Below are positions 28,600 through 37,941 of a DNA stretch of 64,000 nt, piece after piece. The first letter of the stretch is position 1. Each line of letters opens with the position of its first letter. Source of the DNA: a virus; the IMG/VR virus record IMGVR_UViG_3300032516_000016, positions 3,632-67,631 of that record. The stretch is one strand, 5' to 3'. Both the position numbers and the translations under genes were made by a program. The notes beneath the pieces were generated by a model, which was not told where the DNA came from, did not search any database, and was given only the letters and a program-made list of their open reading frames with translations.

Positions 28600-29540
28600 C
28601 CTTCTGTTATCCTAGTCTATGCTTTGTTCAAGGTAGTATATATATGATGCATCCGCGCGATGTATGCGCGGTGCGAGAGGGTGGCACGCGGGTAGGGAAT
28701 CGGTAGCAGTGACGCAGCGGGCGGAGGGGATGCGCGAAGAAAAGGACGAAATTGAAGGGAAAAGGCACAGATGCACCTTTCCGGTGCGGCGCGTCGCTGC
28801 ATTGCGGTTTGCGGTCGGGCGGCGGGCCTGGGCGGGCGGCGGGCCTGGGCGGGTCGGAGGCGGGCCTAATATAGCCGCCCTTCGTGGCCATAGATACCGT
28901 CCGGGATGTCTCAAAATGTGATTAGATATATAAAGACTACAATATATACAAACCAATCCTGAGCGCGTCGCAACGCGCCGTCGGCGCCGCAGCGCTAGAA
29001 AAAATGCCGTATTCCAGGCATTTTTTCTATACGAACCCGGACGGTTACTTGTGGGTCAAGGGCTTCACGCCCTTGAGATGTTTCAGGGTCACTCTACAGT
29101 CAACTGGCTGCCGGCGGCGCTTTAGTGCGCCGCTACCACGTGCGTAGGCACGTATGCGTGAGGCACGTTGTTTTTTAGCCCGCGCGGCGAGTGAGCGCGC
29201 CCCCACCATAACGCGCGTTTCACCGCGCGCGGTCCCCCAACAGCATCGTAAGAGGAAAGTAGTAGTGATGATATAACTAGCGGCGGGGCGGCCCGCAGGG
29301 CCGACACGCCGACTATCTATATGCATCATCCTCTTCATATCTACATCTTCACCTTAATCTCTCCATCCCTTTCTGCATCTTGTCATCATATCTTATCTCA
29401 TTCTTCTATATCTTTCTCTTATCTCCTCACTCATCCTACATTTTAACAAAAACAATTTCTATTTACTTACTCTTACCACTATTTTAGGGCAGGGGCAATT
29501 CTAACACCCCAGTTTCTATAATATAACCACCGACACCTTT
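28600..29540. other. GC-rich, hairpin-dense non-coding control region followed by a nearly G-free pyrimidine tract (candidate origin or structured RNA)
   Basis: about 8 stem-loops, 17-bp tandem repeat with 7 GGG runs at 28817-28853, TATA-like boxes at ~28925-28949, C/T tract ~29325-29480. Confidence 0.55.
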
Positions 29541-29567
29541 ATGTATTATAGAAACCTATCATATATC

Positions 29568-30017
29568 ATGACATTTAAAGACCCTGAAGCAAAACGAGCA
29601 TATGCAAGAAAATACTACAAAGAACACCAAAAACATATAGATGCAACATTTAAAAAATGGAGACAAGGACCAGGCAAAACCACATTCACGGCATCTGTCA
29701 TAAAATGTCAAACTAGAAAAAGAACCAGAGTGAAAAAAGAAATATTCGAACACTACGGAGGGACACCACCAAAATGTGCATGTTGCGGTGAAACTATAAC
29801 AGGATTTTTAACACTTGATCACATAAACGGAGGAGGAACTAAACACAAAGCAAACGTTATGAAAATAAAAGGAGGTGGTAACGATTCACTCAAATATTAC
29901 AACTGGATTATTGATAACAAATTTCCAGCCATATATCAAATTTTATGCATGAACTGTAATTGGGGAAGAAGATTAGACGGTATTTGCCCACACAAAAAAG
30001 AACACCCTCCACTGTAA
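29568..30017 (+). CDS. HNH endonuclease (CxxC-HNH type)
   Basis: CACCGE...LTLDHING...QILCMNCN. Confidence 0.85.
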   Translation: MTFKDPEAKRAYARKYYKEHQKHIDATFKKWRQGPGKTTFTASVIKCQTRKRTRVKKEIFEHYGGTPPKCACCGETITGFLTLDHINGGGTKHKANVMKIKGGGNDSLKYYNWIIDNKFPAIYQILCMNCNWGRRLDGICPHKKEHPPL

Positions 30018-30829
30018 CCAACAACCATTTATCCTAGCACAGCACAGCACAGATTGCCGGGAGTTTCACCACCGTTTCGTTCATACACGTGGATCACCTC
30101 CGTGTCAAGCATTGGTCCCGGCAACTTCTCTTCTTCACCCAGATGCTCAACAGCACCAGGTCATACGTCAACCAACATCAGGCGACGTGAAACCACGCAT
30201 GGTTTCACGTTGCCTTGGAGCCTCCTTAAACTCCCGTTATACACTAGAACACAGGTCTAACATTCTTACCGTATTTTTGGTCCATCAATTCATTCGGATC
30301 ACGCATCTCGGACCACGTCGTCAACAATTATCAATCGTCGTTTCAACTGCGTATAACCCTTTCATATGCAACGTCAACAATTCTATTACCGATCCCATGC
30401 AACTAACTCCGACACGTACCCTTTCCCCTTCTCAAATCTCAACCCATGTTCATATTCTTATAGTCTTGACAACGATTTTCAAAAACGCGACATACAACAC
30501 AGCGTTTTAGTTCGTAGCAAATTGTTTAAGTATGCCCCCATAAAAAGTCAACACTTCCTGCTCGCACCTAGCCGCTATTGAAAAAAGAGCGGGCATAGCG
30601 ATTTTGGTACATGTAACTCGCAAAAAACGATATCAGCAAAAATGCAAAACGCCAAAGCCCAAAAGATTCGTATAGAAGAGAAGATTATTCAAAACGGGCC
30701 AAAACGCCTCAGAAACCACAATCGTAGATCCGTATCTGGAGGCGTCATCATGCGATGCAAGGTGTCATATAATTGTGTCAAAATCGCTATGCCCGCTCTT
30801 TTTTGGCATACAGGAGACCTCGACCGACA

Positions 30830-33800
30830 TCAGTTGCCATCGTTTTTTGGTGCCTTTTTGTGCTTTAATTTCACGATTCCCTTCGAAATTGTCGTGTCTG
30901 CCATCTTCCCAAACGCAATTGCAGTCACTGCTTTTGAAATTACGTTCATCTTCTCTCGCATCTTGTCTTTTATTTCGGTCGTGTCTATCCAACGCTTTGG
31001 CGCATCTCTCAACAGGTTTAGTATCATTTTCACGTTCGTGTCTATAGTTTCTTCATCAACTTCGTCATCAACAGTCATCATCGCGCTAAATATTTTTTCG
31101 TATGCTTTATCCTTCGTCGTTCCATGTTTCGTTATTTTTAACTCCGTTCCTGCTATCCTTGATTCACCTGCTATCCCAAGTTTTCGCAGTGTTCTCACAA
31201 TTCCTTTTGCGCTTGTCGTTGTTTTAATCATTCTTGCTTGCAAGTACTTTACTTTCCATTCTTCTCCTTCGGGTATCACTATCACCTTAGCGCGGTCGTC
31301 TCCTTGCTTCCTCGTCGGACTAATTCGCAACAACGAATTAGTTATCTCGTCTATGGTAATGCGTCTCTCTGTGTACTGGTCAACTACTGAGTAGAATGGC
31401 TGCGCAAAGTCGGTTCCAACCGCAATCATGACGTTGAACTGATCGACATCAAGTCCACGACTTATTTTTGACCCTGCGTAAAACACTGCAACCAATCCTG
31501 AAACGTGTATACGTTTTAATGCATGCTCTCCTTCAGATACACATTTGAATGTTCCATTTCCTATCGCTTTCATCATCACATCTTGTTCGTCTTCACTTCC
31601 TGTCAGTACCATCATAGGCACCATTATTTCTCCCTCGGAGCCACCTGAAAGTAGCTTCGCTACTTCAACGAGCTTGCGCTTCAACCTCCCTTTCTTCCCT
31701 CTCCCGTCCTGTTCTCCTTCCTCTCCTACCACAATTACTGTAAAATTGTCTTCGAATCCGAATTTTTCAATCTCTTTTATCTCTCCGCCCATCGTGTTGA
31801 TAAACAACTCGGCCCTGGCTGCTCCAATGATTACAACTTTCTCTGCCTTTTCCCACCATTTCATGTTCATCGTCGGTTTTCGTTCATCTGCCATCATGTA
31901 TATTTTCGACTTGAACCCGCGCGTCTTCACAGAAACTCGCTGATCCATGTACGGATACATCATGCATTTTACAACATCTCCAAACTTTATGTTGTCGTTG
32001 TCTCCGTATTCCTCGTCGTCTACGTTTGCATGTGTTGGTATCCAATCTTTCAAAATCGCGTCAATTCTTGACGCGATCTCGCTTATGGTGATTTTCTCGC
32101 CATCCAGATCTGCTATTGTATTCTGTAGTTCTGTTATTTTTAGTGCATATTGTGTCAATCGTGTTTTCTTTTGCCCTAGTATTTCTGCAACTCGTGTTTT
32201 GATGTCATTGGAATCAAGTGCTGTTTTAATGTGCGCTTTCCCATGTTCCATCGTTACTGTTGCAATTTCAATTGTTTGTGGATAAAAAAATGCCATGCAC
32301 GTGTCTTCATCTATCACGGTTAGTGCTCGGTCCCGGGCTTCCCCAATTCCATTGCTGTTTATGTTGTTTATTACAGTGAACTTGAATTTTGCAAATTCTT
32401 CCGCGAATTGTAATGTAAAGTACGGACACATAGTGTTTGGAACATTTTCTTTTGTTAGTATATTTTTTTCTTTCATCAGTTCACGTGTCTTTTTCTTTAG
32501 TCCGGACCACGTTTCCCCGATGTCATCTTTCTCTCGTGTTTGTATCGGTTTCATTATGCAGTGATTGCATTGCAGGTAGTCTTCTCCTTGCATTCTGCAA
32601 ATTCCTGGTTGCCTCTTTCCTTCTACATGTACGCACAATCGTGCTCCCATCTTAACTGCATTCGATAGCGCGTGTCTCACTATTTCGTGGTTTGGTGCGT
32701 AATAATTGCCTTCTCCTGTTTTGACCAAAAGTGCTGCTGCATCGTGTGTCTTTCCCGTTCTTGGTGACGCTATCCACAGTTCTGCCTTCCCTTCGGGAAG
32801 CGTTGTCGGAAGTTTATCTACGATTGTTCGTTTCTCTTGGGAAATCGTCGAGTGCGTTCGGGATGCGATAAGCCCTCTCCTCTCGGCTTCCCTGTAGATC
32901 TGCCTGTACTCGTCCTTCGTCAGTTTCCGTGATCCTGCTTCTTCGCATCTTAGAATCCCTATTTCCAGTGCTATCCATTCTCTCCAACCTCCTCCTGAAT
33001 CGTTATGTGCTCTACAGCACCACACGCCTCGCGACGGGTTTATGCTGAAGTTTCTGCTCGTTCCTCTGTCCTCCGCATGTGTCGCTCCGTGTAGTGGGTG
33101 CTCGCCCACGATCTCGTTTCCTTCCCGTTGCCCATGATCCGGTTTACAGATTTGTGCAAGATCTACGTCGTCTCCGTGATCTCGCTTCGCGAGATCACCG
33201 AGCGTGGCTTCTCGCACCTTAGGTTCTTTCTTCCTGAATACCACCCCGCATCCCGTAAGGATCTCTATGAGATCCTTTTCGGAGAGCTCGGTGACCGGGG
33301 CATCGTCGATAACCTGATACCGTTTGCCGCTCCTGTGCATAGAGCCTGGACCCACGGCGAACTGCCCCTGCGACAGCACCTCTCCGAGATGTAGTCGCTC
33401 GGTCGGATCGTGCATCAGTATTTTCTTCTTCATCCCGCGCACTATGTACCACCAGTGTTGCCCCTTCCCGGTTGCGATCGTGAAGGTCTTGGGCAACCGC
33501 TCCAGTACGCCTAGCTCCGCTAGGCGTGCCGGGTCATCGGCATCAAAACAGTGTAGGTCTCCAAATCCCGTCGCGACACCGTAGTCATTCCCTCCGCGCA
33601 GCCATCCCTTGATGGCTGCGTGTGTGGCAGGGTAGTTCGATTCGGTTGTCCATTTGGAGTCCAGTGGTTTTTTCCGTTCCTTTGCGGTCGTCGTCAGTCT
33701 AATGAACCTCGCACCGGGCAAGTTTGCAAGTTGGGGTGGAATTACTATAGGGGCGCAATCTTTAAGTATAATGGGCGAGAAAGTGTCTGTTGTCATACCG

Positions 33801-33850
33801 TCCTGGGTCGAGTCGTTCCTCTTCTCGGCCCTATCTTCTCCTTTCGTCAT
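30830..33850 (-). CDS. replication protein: bifunctional primase-polymerase + Zn finger + helicase-like domain
   Basis: KKP..W, YGVATG, FDADD, TGKGQHWWY, VGPGSMH (Prim-Pol); HPLH...WCCRAH; SPRTGKT, IDED, SRGLDV. Confidence 0.8.
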   Translation of the reverse strand: MTKGEDRAEKRNDSTQDGMTTDTFSPIILKDCAPIVIPPQLANLPGARFIRLTTTAKERKKPLDSKWTTESNYPATHAAIKGWLRGGNDYGVATGFGDLHCFDADDPARLAELGVLERLPKTFTIATGKGQHWWYIVRGMKKKILMHDPTERLHLGEVLSQGQFAVGPGSMHRSGKRYQVIDDAPVTELSEKDLIEILTGCGVVFRKKEPKVREATLGDLAKRDHGDDVDLAQICKPDHGQREGNEIVGEHPLHGATHAEDRGTSRNFSINPSRGVWCCRAHNDSGGGWREWIALEIGILRCEEAGSRKLTKDEYRQIYREAERRGLIASRTHSTISQEKRTIVDKLPTTLPEGKAELWIASPRTGKTHDAAALLVKTGEGNYYAPNHEIVRHALSNAVKMGARLCVHVEGKRQPGICRMQGEDYLQCNHCIMKPIQTREKDDIGETWSGLKKKTRELMKEKNILTKENVPNTMCPYFTLQFAEEFAKFKFTVINNINSNGIGEARDRALTVIDEDTCMAFFYPQTIEIATVTMEHGKAHIKTALDSNDIKTRVAEILGQKKTRLTQYALKITELQNTIADLDGEKITISEIASRIDAILKDWIPTHANVDDEEYGDNDNIKFGDVVKCMMYPYMDQRVSVKTRGFKSKIYMMADERKPTMNMKWWEKAEKVVIIGAARAELFINTMGGEIKEIEKFGFEDNFTVIVVGEEGEQDGRGKKGRLKRKLVEVAKLLSGGSEGEIMVPMMVLTGSEDEQDVMMKAIGNGTFKCVSEGEHALKRIHVSGLVAVFYAGSKISRGLDVDQFNVMIAVGTDFAQPFYSVVDQYTERRITIDEITNSLLRISPTRKQGDDRAKVIVIPEGEEWKVKYLQARMIKTTTSAKGIVRTLRKLGIAGESRIAGTELKITKHGTTKDKAYEKIFSAMMTVDDEVDEETIDTNVKMILNLLRDAPKRWIDTTEIKDKMREKMNVISKAVTAIAFGKMADTTISKGIVKLKHKKAPKNDGN

Positions 33851-33977
33851 ACCTTATCCTCTTGCAACTTCTTCCTTAAATCTTTACCCTAGCGCATCAG
33901 CAGGTACACCACGAAGGTGAACACTGCCGCCCAAAGCAGCCACCATGCTGCCAGGAATATGTTGCATGCACGTCGTG

Positions 33978-34589
33978 TCATTCCTTGTGCCACCTCCTTG
34001 ACAGCTCCAGGAACTTTGCTCCTTCGTCGCGAAGTTCCTCGTCATCCAGCTCAAGCACCTCGCGCTCGTCCCTCTGGAGCCTTATCACGAAACCTCGCTC
34101 CGCCTCGAAGCCTTCGCGAAGGCTTCCGACGTAGTACGCACCGAGCTGGAGTCGGTACTCCGGTCGCATGCGTTTTGATCCTTTGTAATCCCAAATTGCT
34201 TTGTACCCGTTCACATCTCCTCGTCCATCAAGTGTCCCTGCGAAAAACTCCCCTGGTTCATCGTGATGTATAACGTGCTCTAGCACCGGGTTAGGTGCGA
34301 TCGCGAGTCTCAGGCACTTGAACTGGTTCATCCTCCCTGACAGTTCGGCCATGGCATCCTTGGGCCAGTCGCACATCGGTAGTTCCTTGTCAAGCTCAAT
34401 CGGTACAGGTGACAGCTCGTTTGCCATGCACCAATGCATTAGTGATCCTAGCGTTTTCGCTCGGGTCGAGATGGCTTCGTGATCTGGTGTTCTGTTTCTC
34501 CACCCTTGCAAGCCTTCGGTGTCTTCCACCAACCTCAGAATCTCGGTAACGCGGGGGTAAGTCTTGCCGTTAAAAACGTAGAATGCCAT
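33978..34589 (-). CDS. PD-(D/E)xK (Cas4/RecB-like) exonuclease
   Basis: PRVTEIL, GSLMH, FAGTLD, WDYK, LQLGAY. Confidence 0.85.
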   Translation of the reverse strand: MAFYVFNGKTYPRVTEILRLVEDTEGLQGWRNRTPDHEAISTRAKTLGSLMHWCMANELSPVPIELDKELPMCDWPKDAMAELSGRMNQFKCLRLAIAPNPVLEHVIHHDEPGEFFAGTLDGRGDVNGYKAIWDYKGSKRMRPEYRLQLGAYYVGSLREGFEAERGFVIRLQRDEREVLELDDEELRDEGAKFLELSRRWHKE

Positions 34590-34742
34590 CTATCCTCTGC
34601 GAAACTCGTCTTCCTCTTCATCCCACCGCACGTCTATTCCCTCGTCAGCTAGTTCGGTTGTGATCAGCTTTCTCAGGTCTTCCTTTCCAGCGGGTAATTT
34701 CCATATCAGCTTGTTCAGTGCTGTCAGCAGCTCGTCTTCCAT
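34590..34742 (-). CDS. small acidic protein (50 aa, not in ORF track)
   Basis: manually translated MEDELLTALNKLIWKLP...; stop abuts the nuclease start. Confidence 0.55.
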   Translation of the reverse strand: MEDELLTALNKLIWKLPAGKEDLRKLITTELADEGIDVRWDEEEDEFRRG

Positions 34743-34743
34743 G

Positions 34744-34860
34744 TCAAACAGCCTTCTTCGCCTTTCTCCACGTTCTCGATTTGCAATCTGGGCAGGCCAC
34801 TGGCGTTTTCACCCTCGGCGACCACTTGTAGCCGCATCGTTGGCATTCACATATCTTCAT
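34744..34860 (-). CDS. Zn-ribbon microprotein (38 aa)
   Basis: MKICECQRCGYKWSPRVKTPVACPDCKSRTW. Confidence 0.7.
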   Translation of the reverse strand: MKICECQRCGYKWSPRVKTPVACPDCKSRTWRKAKKAV

Positions 34861-34946
34861 GCATATCTGGATGATCGTCGTCGTATTAATAGTTGTTTAT
34901 CAGTTGTGGCGACAGGGTTAAGTATTTGCCGCGCGTAGGTCGTCTT

Positions 34947-35342
34947 ATGTCAGATGTTAGTATTAGTGTCGATGTAGACAAGTACATACGCAGCTGCGTT
35001 GCGTATGTCCGGGTTGTGAAGATAAATTCGCCTCTACTCAATGAGAATGCTTGGCGCGGAGAGTGGAATTTTGAGCCGGTTCCCGGAAAACCTAATGTTC
35101 GCGTCGTGTTGAGGAGGGCTACAGATATTCTCCTAAAAACCAAGATATTACATGCGTATTTTAATCAGTTTGAGTGTCATTCCATCGAAGAAGGCGACGA
35201 GTATCCTCGTCGTTATTTCGAGTCTACGATGAGACTTGCGGGTGAGGGACTCAAAAATTATAATGATTGGGAGAGGGAGCACGTTGGTCAACGCGAGGCG
35301 TTGCTCGCTGCTTGGCATGGCAGGGATACTGTTACTATCTGA
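34947..35342 (+). CDS. hypothetical protein
   Basis: ORF downstream of a TTAAGTA box. Confidence 0.45.
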   Translation: MSDVSISVDVDKYIRSCVAYVRVVKINSPLLNENAWRGEWNFEPVPGKPNVRVVLRRATDILLKTKILHAYFNQFECHSIEEGDEYPRRYFESTMRLAGEGLKNYNDWEREHVGQREALLAAWHGRDTVTI

Positions 35343-36339
35343 ACCCCCTCAGTAGCATCGTTATTGCGATCGTTCCTTCTAGCCCTGCGCTCTCCGGTAT
35401 CGTCGCTTGTGTCTTGATCGTCTTCGACTCGCCTGCTGCCACGGTGGTGGCGAATTGTCGGTTCGGTTCGTGTGTCCAGGTGTTGCCATCGGCATCTGTG
35501 AATTTTACGCCGCAATACCCTTTCCACGGCGTTGTTTGCTCGTTCTTCACCATTATGCCGAACCATTGCGCCACCCCGACTTGAACGGTCGTTGGGCGTG
35601 CTGTTATCGGATTCCCAAGTCCGTCTCTCACGATCGTGATGCTCAGCGGCACGCCACCCTCTCCCTCTGGGGTTTCGGGGGTTTCGGTGGCGATTGCGTA
35701 CAAGGTGTACGTCTTGTTCAGTATCCCTCCCGCAGTCACGGTCTCCGTGACTGCGCGAGTGGTGTAGCCGGGCTTGCGCAGTTCGAAGGTCTTCAGGCCT
35801 GGGGATACTTCGATGAACGAGCTTGTTGCTCCGATCAAGGCCCCGTTCAGGTATACGCTTGCCGGTACGTTTGTCGAGAAGTTCACCCCTGTTATTCCCG
35901 GTTCCACTGGCTCGGTTGGCGTGATTGGCTCAGTGGAGGCGTATAGGGTGTACGACCTGTTCATGATGCTTCCTTCCACCAGTGTCTCGGTGACTGTGCG
36001 CGTCGTGTACCCTGTCTTGCGTAGTTCGAAGGTCTTCAGCCCAGGCGTGAGTTCGATGAATGAGTTCGTGGCTCCGATCTTCGCGCCGTCTAGGTACACG
36101 TCAGCAGTGACGTTCGTGGAGAAGTTTATGCCGGTCTTGGACGTTGTAGTCGTCGTTACATCACAGCTTGGCATCTCCACTCCGCTTGCTTTCATTATCC
36201 AATCCATGTCATCGAAATACAGGGTGAACGTGCCTGCGAGGTCGTCATCCATTGCCCGTACCCAGGAATATTCTGTGATCTTGCACCCAGTCCCAAATCT
36301 GCGCGCTAGCGCAGATTTGCGAGCTTCAGTTATCGTCAT
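35335..36339 (-). CDS. PEGA-domain x2 + Ig-like virion/surface protein
   Basis: two near-identical STNV.A.VYL.G..IG.T...PG......RK.GY units; C-terminal V.N....W.G Ig-like domain. Confidence 0.75.
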   Translation of the reverse strand: MTITEARKSALARRFGTGCKITEYSWVRAMDDDLAGTFTLYFDDMDWIMKASGVEMPSCDVTTTTTSKTGINFSTNVTADVYLDGAKIGATNSFIELTPGLKTFELRKTGYTTRTVTETLVEGSIMNRSYTLYASTEPITPTEPVEPGITGVNFSTNVPASVYLNGALIGATSSFIEVSPGLKTFELRKPGYTTRAVTETVTAGGILNKTYTLYAIATETPETPEGEGGVPLSITIVRDGLGNPITARPTTVQVGVAQWFGIMVKNEQTTPWKGYCGVKFTDADGNTWTHEPNRQFATTVAAGESKTIKTQATIPESAGLEGTIAITMLLRGFR

Positions 36340-37938
36340 AGCACCACCGTTCCCTGATCTACCATAAGCTTGGCACCTACAGTATCCCCGAGCACCAGTT
36401 TGCGTAGGTACTGCACATCTGCCTTAGAAGGTCTCTCGATCATGGTCTTGATCTCTGGCGTAGGCATCCTTCCGAGCGTTCTCCATGACGAATCCCCGGT
36501 GATGGTCTCCTTCACGGCGCAGTAAACGTACATGACGTGCGCATTGGTCAGGTTTGCCACTCCTCCGATCCCCGCAAGGAATGCGTTGATCTTGGTTGGC
36601 AATTTCGTTAGCGTCACCTGTTTCGTCACCGGGTACTTGTCAATTGCTACCACGAAGCTCTCTGTCTGGTACCCTGCCTTGTTCACCGTGATTACGTACT
36701 CTCCGAGCTTCATCGTGATCTTCTCGTTCGACTTGCCTACCTGCTTGCCATCTGCTACGATGTCAGCATCCTTCACGGCTCCGGTGTCTATGAATAGGGT
36801 GTTCTCGGTGATGCTTTCGTCTTCCCTACCGCCTCCGCCTCCGCCGCCCCCGCCGCCCCCGCCGCCGCCACCTCCGCCTCCTTCCTCGGCCACCGGGTTG
36901 CATTCACTTCCTTCACATGACCATAGCGGGTTTCCTGATATTGCGGGTGCTATATCGGTTAGGAATTGGTTTCTTAATGCTTCTTCTTCGGCAGAGCCTG
37001 GTACCGCGTTTTGTGTATCTTCGGCTAACTTTAGTAACAATTTTGCATATGCTTCCTTGTTTAATCTCAATTTTGACCCATATTTTCCGAAAGGAATAAC
37101 TTGTTGTATGTATCCATCTTCTTCTGCTCCTGTTCTCATCTTCATTGTTACCAAGTCGAATACTGCTCCGTTGAAGTCACTGGTCGGCTGTGTGTGTACT
37201 TTTCCCATGCCATCTGTCCACATGATGTCGGTGCCTCCGGCTTGTATTGACCATTTGCTAGAGTCTACGTTTCTCATATCCCCGTAGAATTTGTTGTAGG
37301 GTTCGTTGCCAGGAGTTGATCCAGGTATCTTGTCAAGTTCGAATTGTGTCATCCCTCCCAGTCCCAGGGTGTCACGCATCGCCACCAGCATCAAGTTGTC
37401 ATCTTTTACTGCCTGCTCGTACTCTGCTGTCCCTGGTGTCAGCAGTTTCCCATTTGCGTCCTTTTTCACCGGGTTATTTGCTTGTGCTGTCACATCTGCT
37501 ACGAATTGTTTTGCATTAGGGTTTCCTTGTGTTAGCGAGTCTTTGAATGCTTTTGCTCCTTCTGGTGTTTCGAAGTTTACTTTCGAGTTTGGTCCTCCGA
37601 ATGGCGTTGTCATATCACGTAGGTTTACACCTTGTTTTGCAAATGCATCGCTTAGTTTTTGGATTGTGTTCAGCCCTGTTCTCACCAGCTCGTCAACTCC
37701 GAATGGTGAATTTGGTTCCGCAGATTTTTGCACGATGCTGCTTGCGGCAGCATCGGCTGTTTCGAAGCTGCTTATGCCCAGGGCACCGACGAGTGCGGTG
37801 TCGCTCACGGTTCCTGCTACAATGTCTTCTTTTATGTCAGTCGGTGGCAGCAGCTCCATTGCACCAGCGTCGCTGTATCCTAGTGCTTTCATGTCAGCCA
37901 TGTATTTATCGTATCCAGCTCTGGTCAGTTTACACGCC
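36336..37938 (-). CDS. PEGA-domain protein with poly-Gly linker
   Basis: run of about 18 Gly, then A.I..DGK.VG......GEY.ITVNKAGY PEGA motif; start uncertain. Confidence 0.7.
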
Positions 37939-37941
37939 ATT

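Noticed and set aside
29248-29262. GAGGAAAGT resembling the RNase P RNA conserved core
   Set aside because: The motif does not continue as GUCC and no matching 3' conserved element was found
34107-34126. Perfect 20-bp palindrome gaagccttcgcgaaggcttc inside the nuclease gene
   Set aside because: Single copy, fully coding, with no second site to support an operator or recombination role
33978-34589. Cas4 as part of a CRISPR adaptation module
   Set aside because: It lacks the four-Cys Fe-S pattern and has no cas1/cas2 or array nearby; treated as a stand-alone viral PD-(D/E)xK nuclease
36828-36881. Poly-Gly tract as a phase-variable microsatellite
   Set aside because: Mixed codons (GGA/GGC/GGG/GGT) indicate a selected protein linker rather than a slippage repeat
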